Source: Planctomycetota bacterium (lineage in GTDB: Bacteria > Planctomycetota > SZUA-567 > H5-PLA8). Taken from it: 64,000 nucleotides of DNA. Below, piece by piece: positions 56,790-64,000 of this stretch (its first letter is position 1; every line of letters begins with the position of its first letter). The notes below the pieces were generated by a model that worked only from the letters and a program-made list of their open reading frames with translations, did not search any database and was not told where the DNA came from. Where the stretch lies: the NCBI GenBank assembly GCA_038227875.1, contig JBBRPR010000048.1:1-64000 (forward strand), given 5' to 3'. The position numbers were made by a program, and so were the translations under genes.

Positions 56790-57090
56790 ACGCGGGGTCC
56801 TCCGTTGAAAAAGATTTTGGATTGAGCGCTGATCGAGCCGGCGCCCCACAGCGCTGGCCGAACCTGTATCACGTAAAAGGTGCGCACTTTTTGCGCCACG
56901 ACGGGCGGGCGGTTCACGAACTTTTTGCACCGAGGACGAATGGCGCAAGTGCGACGGAATGGCAAGAGTGGGAATGCGGGAGTGCGACTGATTTCAGTGC
57001 AGAAGTGCGCGGTATTCGGGCGAAAGAGGACGACGACGTGAAGTTCCTTGTTGCGGTGATCGATGCGGGCTTTACGATTTTCGGGTGCTT

Positions 57091-58932
57091 ATGCGGATCG
57101 CTTCGATTCTGATTTTTCTCTCGCTGGCGTGTGGGGTGGCGCACGCGGAGGACGCGGAACGCTCGGCGTTGACGGCGCGGCTGGCGCTGGAAGTCGCGGG
57201 CGCGGTCAAGGCGGGCGATAAGCCGACGGCGTGGATCACGGTGCTCGGCACGCGCGGGCAGTATCGCATCGATGGCGCGGATGAGCACGCGGTCTCGCTG
57301 ATCGTCGAAGGCAACGCGTTTCCGGTGAAATGGGAAACGCTCCCGCCGGACGAACTGCTCAACGTCGCCAAAGCGATCGCCGGAAACAATGGCGCGCGGT
57401 TGATGCTGGCGGGAGAGATCGCGCTCTCGACCGGCAAGGGCGATCAGGCCACCGACCTCTTCGCCAAAGCCCGCCAGAGCGATCCGGCGCTCGCCGATAA
57501 GCTCAACGCGCTCTCGGCGAAGGCTCCGAAAGCGCCGGCTGCAGGAACAGATGCGCCGACCACGCCTGCCACGCCGGATTCGCCGGCGAACGCGCCGCCG
57601 GGTCCACCCAATCCCCCCGGCGGAAAGATGATCGACGCAGCGATCGAGGAGGACACCACTTCGCCGCTCCACCTGCCCGACGCGGGATTGCAGACGCGGA
57701 TGTGGAGCGCTGCGAAGGACAATTACCTGCCGCGCGCCAATATTCTCTACGCGCGCTTCACGTGGAAAGATTGGGGGCTCGACGGGCGCGGCAAGATCGA
57801 GCACTACAAAGCGTGGATGGCGAAGAAGCGCTACGTGGCCTTCCGCATGTACTGCAACGACGACAAGGAACTGCCCGATCCGAGTTTGCCGTTTGTCACC
57901 GTGGACGGGAAGACGATTCCGAAATACTGGGATCCGAAATTCGTGGAGGCCCACAAGCGCTTCATTCAAGCGGTGGGCAAGGAGATCGCAAACAATCCGT
58001 ACCTCGCATATGTCGACATCGGCGGGGTAGGCAATTCCGGCGGCGAGTGGCTGGTCTATCCCGACGACCGCTACGAAGCCAAGCCGATGCTGGCGCAGTA
58101 CGGGTACACGGCCGAGGTGAAAGAGAAGCTCGTCTGGGAACTGATGAAAGCGTACCGCGAGGCGTTTCCGAACGTGCGGCTGTACCTGGCGGGCGCGGGG
58201 TACTCATGCGTGAAGGACCGCGCGGCGCTGAACGCGTACATGATCAAGAACAACATTGGCGTGCGCAGCGACGGACTGTGCTGGAAGACCGTCGGCGACG
58301 GCGACGAGTGGAGCGCGCGGAAATCGGGCTCGGATAAAATCTGGCGCGACGTGCCGTTTCAATGGGAAGGTTCGTACACCACGATGGAATGGGAGAAGGA
58401 CGGCTGGAGCACCGAGAAGACGATGGAGAAGGCGATGGACTTCGGGCCCATCTCCTTCTGCTATGCCGACGCCGACAAGGACGCGCTGCGTTTCGAGGGC
58501 GATCCGGCGAAAGTCAAAATTCTCGACACGGCGGCGTTGAAGCTCGGTTACCGCATCGCCATCACGCACGCGAAATACTACGACACGCTCCGGTCAGGCG
58601 GCACGCTGCAGGTGGAATTGAAACTGACCAACCGCGGCGCATCGAAAATCTACGCCGACCGCGATCTGGAGCTCTCGTTCCTGGGCGCGGACGGCAAGCC
58701 GGTGGCGAGCGTGAAAGTCAAGCCGACGCCGGGCACGCGCGACTGGGAGCCGGGCAAGGAGCTGACGGTGACGCTCGCGCCGGTGGTCAAGAGCGTGCCG
58801 CTCGGATCGTGGCAACTGGCGATCGGGATGCTCGACGAAGATCCGCGGCGGCCGGATTCGCGACTGGAAATGGCGATGAAGAAGAAGGCCGCGGGGAACC
58901 GCTACATTCTCGGGAACATTACGGTGCGCTAA
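57091..58932 (+). CDS. Secreted glycoside-hydrolase-like protein with C-terminal DUF4832-like domain
   Basis: YARFTWKD, IPKYWDP.F, YVDIG..G..GEW, GVRSDGL, KLGYR, L.NRG...Y. Confidence 0.75.
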   Translation: MRIASILIFLSLACGVAHAEDAERSALTARLALEVAGAVKAGDKPTAWITVLGTRGQYRIDGADEHAVSLIVEGNAFPVKWETLPPDELLNVAKAIAGNNGARLMLAGEIALSTGKGDQATDLFAKARQSDPALADKLNALSAKAPKAPAAGTDAPTTPATPDSPANAPPGPPNPPGGKMIDAAIEEDTTSPLHLPDAGLQTRMWSAAKDNYLPRANILYARFTWKDWGLDGRGKIEHYKAWMAKKRYVAFRMYCNDDKELPDPSLPFVTVDGKTIPKYWDPKFVEAHKRFIQAVGKEIANNPYLAYVDIGGVGNSGGEWLVYPDDRYEAKPMLAQYGYTAEVKEKLVWELMKAYREAFPNVRLYLAGAGYSCVKDRAALNAYMIKNNIGVRSDGLCWKTVGDGDEWSARKSGSDKIWRDVPFQWEGSYTTMEWEKDGWSTEKTMEKAMDFGPISFCYADADKDALRFEGDPAKVKILDTAALKLGYRIAITHAKYYDTLRSGGTLQVELKLTNRGASKIYADRDLELSFLGADGKPVASVKVKPTPGTRDWEPGKELTVTLAPVVKSVPLGSWQLAIGMLDEDPRRPDSRLEMAMKKKAAGNRYILGNITVR

Positions 58933-58949
58933 ACGGCAGGTGCGGAAGG

Positions 58950-59531
58950 TCAGACGGCTTCGACGGAAACGAGCTCCGGAAAATCCTTGCGCAACCGCGC
59001 TTCGATGCCGTTCTTGAGCGTGCCCAGGGCGCTGGGGCAACTGTGGCACGAACCGCGGAGATGCAACTTCAGGATCCCGTTTTCGTAGCTGTTGAAGACG
59101 ATGTCTCCGCCGTCCATAGCGACAGCCGGGCGGATTTCCGTTTCCAGCACGCGGATGATTTTCTCGGCGGTTTCGGACATCTTGATGGGCGCATCGGCGG
59201 CCGGCACGGCGGCGTTTCCGGCGACATTGAGGACGGCGGGTTGGCCCGACGCGATGTGGAATTCAATGCACTGGCGGACCAGCGGCGGCAGCGCCCAGTT
59301 GTTGCTGGTGGCGGTGGTGACGGTGACGAAGTCCGCGCCGATGTAGATGCCGGTGACTTCCGGGAGCAGAAACAGTTCGCGCGCCAACGGCGACTGGACC
59401 GCCGCTTCCTTGCTGGGAAAATCCCGGCCCGATCCGGTGAGCAGCGTGCGGTTGACGGCGTAGCGCGTGCAATTGGGATTGGGCGTCAGCTCGGGGCTGA
59501 CCGTCAGCGGCGGCAATGCGGCGGTGCTCAT
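58950..59531 (-). CDS. Nfu-type Fe-S carrier (Nfu_N plus NifU-C domain)
   Basis: TPNPN, SPLARELF, DFVTVT; IRPAVAMDGGDI, LRGSCHSCPS, TLKNGIE. Confidence 0.92.
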   Translation of the reverse strand: MSTAALPPLTVSPELTPNPNCTRYAVNRTLLTGSGRDFPSKEAAVQSPLARELFLLPEVTGIYIGADFVTVTTATSNNWALPPLVRQCIEFHIASGQPAVLNVAGNAAVPAADAPIKMSETAEKIIRVLETEIRPAVAMDGGDIVFNSYENGILKLHLRGSCHSCPSALGTLKNGIEARLRKDFPELVSVEAV

Positions 59532-59603
59532 GCGGTCGGTCTCCGGTCGTGCAGGACTCACTATAGTACATCGGGGTTGGCGTGCCAGCGGCGGCAGCAC
59601 CCC

Positions 59604-59635
59604 AATTCAAAATTAAGAATTAAGAATTAAAAATT
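59604..59635. repeat. Heptamer tandem repeat (AATTAAG-like)
   Basis: aattcaa aattaag aattaag aattaaa aatt. Confidence 0.7.
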
Positions 59636-59742
59636 GCTTCACCCGCCGCCCCACCCCCCTCCCCTTGACGCGCGCCGTCTCAACCACTAATAACACCAGT
59701 TCGTCTTTGTCTTTGGCAGCCTCACGTAAAGGGATTCCACGC

Positions 59743-61140
<1,398 letters not shown>

Positions 61141-61162
61141 TCGCAGAATTTAAGAGCCCGGC

Positions 61163-61209
61163 AAAAAGAAACCGGCTTGAGGAGCGATCCTCAAGCCGGT
61201 TTTGTTTTC
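61163..61209. terminator. Bidirectional rho-independent terminator
   Basis: AAACCGGCTTGAGGA-gcga-TCCTCAAGCCGGTTT flanked by A- and T-tracts between convergent genes. Confidence 0.9.
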
Positions 61210-61224
61210 ACGGAACTTCAGTCC

Positions 61225-64000
61225 TTAGTTCACGGACTGAGGCGGATTCAGACGCGTCCAGCCCTTGATCACCAGATTCCACTTGGGATCGGCACTGTTC
61301 GCAGTGAACTGCACCAAGCGCCGTACACGCTGGTCGTAATTCATGATCAGCGTTTTCGGATGCTTTGCATTGGCGCGACCAGTGACCAGGAGTCCGAGAT
61401 CCGGAGCAACCAACGCGCCGTTGACCACCATGACGCCTTCGGAGCTGGACGCCATTTCCTTCGCATACTGTTTGAAATCCTTCGCATTCGCACCAGCCGT
61501 GGTGGCCGGGTACGCATAGGTCGGATTGGTCGGAGCGAGCTTGGTCGGATAACCCGCCGGAGCAGCGCTACCGTAGGGAACCTGAATCGTTGCCGTCGCC
61601 GGCGAGCCAGGAACGGTGCCAGTCTTTTCTGAGGCGATATAGCTGGCCGGCACCGCAGGCGGGGTAGTGCCCTGCATGTAGTTGGCGGTCTTGGTGGTGG
61701 TCGTGGCCGAAGTCGTTCCGGTTGGACCATAGCTGCTCGTATCCATGCTGTATCCGCCCGGCATCGCTGGCTGCGAACCGGTGCGATATGTGCCGGATGC
61801 GACCTGCTGCACCGATCCTGTCGTCGTGCTAGTCTTGGTGTAGCCGGCGGGCACCGATGGCGGGGCAGCCGTATTGTAGTATGTAGCCGAAACAGTGGTG
61901 ATATTGGTGGTGGTCGTGCTGGACTTCGTGAAGCCGACGGGCACCGTCGGAGGTGCGGCCAAATTATAGTAAGCGACCGAGGTGCTGGTATTGGTCGTGC
62001 TGACCGTGCCGGTCTTGGTAAAGTTCACCGGGACCGCTGGTGCGACCGTCGTGTAGTTGGCTGACTTGCTGGTCACGGTCGTTCCTGTGGTGGTGCTGAC
62101 CTTGGTCCAGCCCGCGGGAACGGCTGGAGGAGAAGCCAGATTGTAGTAGACGGCCGACGTGCTGGTGACAGTCGTGGTCACCGTGCCCGTCTTCACTGCA
62201 TTGGCCGGTACGGATGGCGCCGTGGTCGTATAGTTAGCCGACTTGCTGGTCGTCACAGTTCCCGTCGTGGTGCTGACCTTGGTCCAACCCGCCGGCACCG
62301 CAGGGCCTGTGCTGGGTGCGTAGTAGACGGCCGAAGTGCTGGTCGTCGTCGTTGTCCCGGTGCTCGTCTTGGTGTAACCAGCCGGCACTGCCGGCGCTGA
62401 TGTGGTGTAGTTCGCGGACTTCGTGGTCGTCGTCGCGCCTGTCGTGGTGCTGGCAAGCGTATAGCCTGACGGAACCGCGGGATGGGCGGCCGAATTGTAG
62501 TATACCGCCGAGACGCTCGTGACCGTCGTGGAGCTGGTGCTCTGCAGCGTATAGGTGGCCGGGACAGCAGGCTGAGCGCCAGCCGCATATTGCGCGGACG
62601 CGCTCGTCTGGTTCGCTCCCGTCGCGGTGCCGGTCTTCGTATACGTTGCAGGGACCGCCGGAGGCGCGCCAACCGAGTAATAGGCCGCTGAGGCGGAGGT
62701 CTGAACCGTACCCGGCGTGGTGCCTGTCTTGGTAAAGCCTGCGGGTACCGCCGGAGGCGCTGTGGAAACATAGTAAGCCGCAGACACGGAAGTGTTGGAC
62801 GAGGTGGCCGTGCTGCTGGACGCCTGAGTCACCGGCGCACCACCATATGTTGTAGGCTGACTGATCGTACCTGGAGGAGAGACCTGGACGACAGAGAACG
62901 GACCGACGCGGGAATATCCGGTTCCGGTATACACCAGCCACGTTACCGTGCTCACCGCCTGCGTATAGTTGTCGGTGTACGGTGTGCGTGAATAGTTGTC
63001 GGTGTAGGGCGTGCGCACATAGACGTCGGTGTACATCAGCTTGGTGAAGTTGTCCGTGTAAGCCGTGCGGGAATAGTTGTCGAAACTCTGAGTCTGGCTG
63101 TAGTTGTCCGTCAACGGCGTCACCGAGTACGTGTCGTAGTATTGAGTCTGAGTATAGTTGTCCGTATAGGGCGTCTGTGAGTATGTGTCGTAGGACGCCG
63201 GCTGCGTGTAATTGTCGGTGTATTTCGGTTCCGTGTAGTTGTCGGTGTACGGCGTGCGGCGATAGTGGTCGGTGAAGAGCGTCGACGAGTACGTATCGTA
63301 GACCACGTTGCCTTGGTAATTGTCGTACTGGTAGGTCACGTCCGGCACAGGTGTCGGCCAAGGACCCGGCTTGCTCGGATCCGGAGCCTGCGGTCCGCTG
63401 GTGATCGGGCCACTCTTATCCTGGTAATCCCCGGCAGCCTGGGGCGCCAACGCGCGGTTACGCTGAATGCCGAAGATGGCGTTGTTGGTGTAGAACAATC
63501 CATCCAGGCGGAAGGGCTGGCCGTCACGAGCGCTCAAGGCAGGACTTGGATCGCTGCTCGAGGCGTAGACTGCCTGCGACTGCGGCGTATGGAACTTGCG
63601 GTCCCATTCCTCATTCAGCAGGATGCTCCACATCGTCTGGGTGGACTTGTCGGGCGTGGCACCCAGCCACTGCGGATTGATCGCGATAACTGCAGCCTTC
63701 TGCGTATTCGTGACATCGGAGCTGTCGGTGAGAATGTTCTTTGTTCCTGAAGATGGATACTGCAGCTTCGTTGCAACACCATTGACAATGCTCCCGTTTA
63801 CGCCTTGGGACGCATCGCCTCCAATTGTCGTAGTGTCGTAAGCTTTCGACTTCTCTCCGCCCTTCCACATCGGCGGTTCCGTCGCCGTGCCGTTGCTCCA
63901 GTAACTGCCTTCTGTACCCGAGCGCTTGGAAGCGTCCGTGGCCATCTGCAACGAGTTCGTCACAGGCGCTTGGCTGCCGTACACAAACGCACCCACGGGA
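61225..64000 (-). CDS. 3' part of a large PilX-like/beta-helical surface protein with a long Thr/Tyr-rich repeat insertion; gene begins outside the window
   Basis: Frame open to the window edge; LDGLFYTNNAIFG..MVVNGALVAPDLGLL..MNYDQR..W C-terminal pattern; family call tentative. Confidence 0.7.
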   Translation of the reverse strand, partial: PVGAFVYGSQAPVTNSLQMATDASKRSGTEGSYWSNGTATEPPMWKGGEKSKAYDTTTIGGDASQGVNGSIVNGVATKLQYPSSGTKNILTDSSDVTNTQKAAVIAINPQWLGATPDKSTQTMWSILLNEEWDRKFHTPQSQAVYASSSDPSPALSARDGQPFRLDGLFYTNNAIFGIQRNRALAPQAAGDYQDKSGPITSGPQAPDPSKPGPWPTPVPDVTYQYDNYQGNVVYDTYSSTLFTDHYRRTPYTDNYTEPKYTDNYTQPASYDTYSQTPYTDNYTQTQYYDTYSVTPLTDNYSQTQSFDNYSRTAYTDNFTKLMYTDVYVRTPYTDNYSRTPYTDNYTQAVSTVTWLVYTGTGYSRVGPFSVVQVSPPGTISQPTTYGGAPVTQASSSTATSSNTSVSAAYYVSTAPPAVPAGFTKTGTTPGTVQTSASAAYYSVGAPPAVPATYTKTGTATGANQTSASAQYAAGAQPAVPATYTLQSTSSTTVTSVSAVYYNSAAHPAVPSGYTLASTTTGATTTTKSANYTTSAPAVPAGYTKTSTGTTTTTSTSAVYYAPSTGPAVPAGWTKVSTTTGTVTTSKSANYTTTAPSVPANAVKTGTVTTTVTSTSAVYYNLASPPAVPAGWTKVSTTTGTTVTSKSANYTTVAPAVPVNFTKTGTVSTTNTSTSVAYYNLAAPPTVPVGFTKSSTTTTNITTVSATYYNTAAPPSVPAGYTKTSTTTGSVQQVASGTYRTGSQPAMPGGYSMDTSSYGPTGTTSATTTTKTANYMQGTTPPAVPASYIASEKTGTVPGSPATATIQVPYGSAAPAGYPTKLAPTNPTYAYPATTAGANAKDFKQYAKEMASSSEGVMVVNGALVAPDLGLLVTGRANAKHPKTLIMNYDQRVRRLVQFTANSADPKWNLVIKGWTRLNPPQSVN

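Overview
A 64-kb bacterial window, probably Planctomycetota. This is an inference from gene content: a membrane-anchored ECF sigma, PQQ-like beta-propellers, PKD surface proteins and system II cytochrome c maturation. Left to right: (1) IS and integrase debris (0.2-1.9 kb); (2) a lower-GC block of secreted carbohydrate-active and surface proteins with its own ECF sigma (2-17.7 kb); (3) a large GH2-like protein and tRNA-Ala(GGC); (4) a respiratory cluster (tetraheme cytochrome, NrfC-like, NrfD-like, CcsA/ResB, c554-like); (5) an asnB-ArnT-LAB_N-ABC permease envelope operon; (6) an ArsR regulator, TolB-like protein, argC, FHA and STN-like proteins and a PAS hybrid kinase; (7) a repeat-rich accessory locus (47.4-52.2 kb) with a solitary nadC and orphan genes bracketed by palindromic repeats; (8) a split arsC/arsR/aquaporin set; (9) a second propeller, a DUF4832-like protein, an Nfu-like protein and icd; (10) the 3' end of a very large PilX-like gene. 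The most unusual signals are: about 14 nine-residue repeats followed by about 14 thirty-residue repeats in one loop of the last protein, suggesting an out-and-back nested beta stalk; the palindrome/REP-delimited locus in which nadC occupies the middle of one repeat copy; a 187-bp intergenic hairpin; and shared promoter/operator motifs for the ECF and ars genes. No CRISPR array, rRNA or reverse transcriptase was seen. All family calls come from motif recognition by eye, not database searches.
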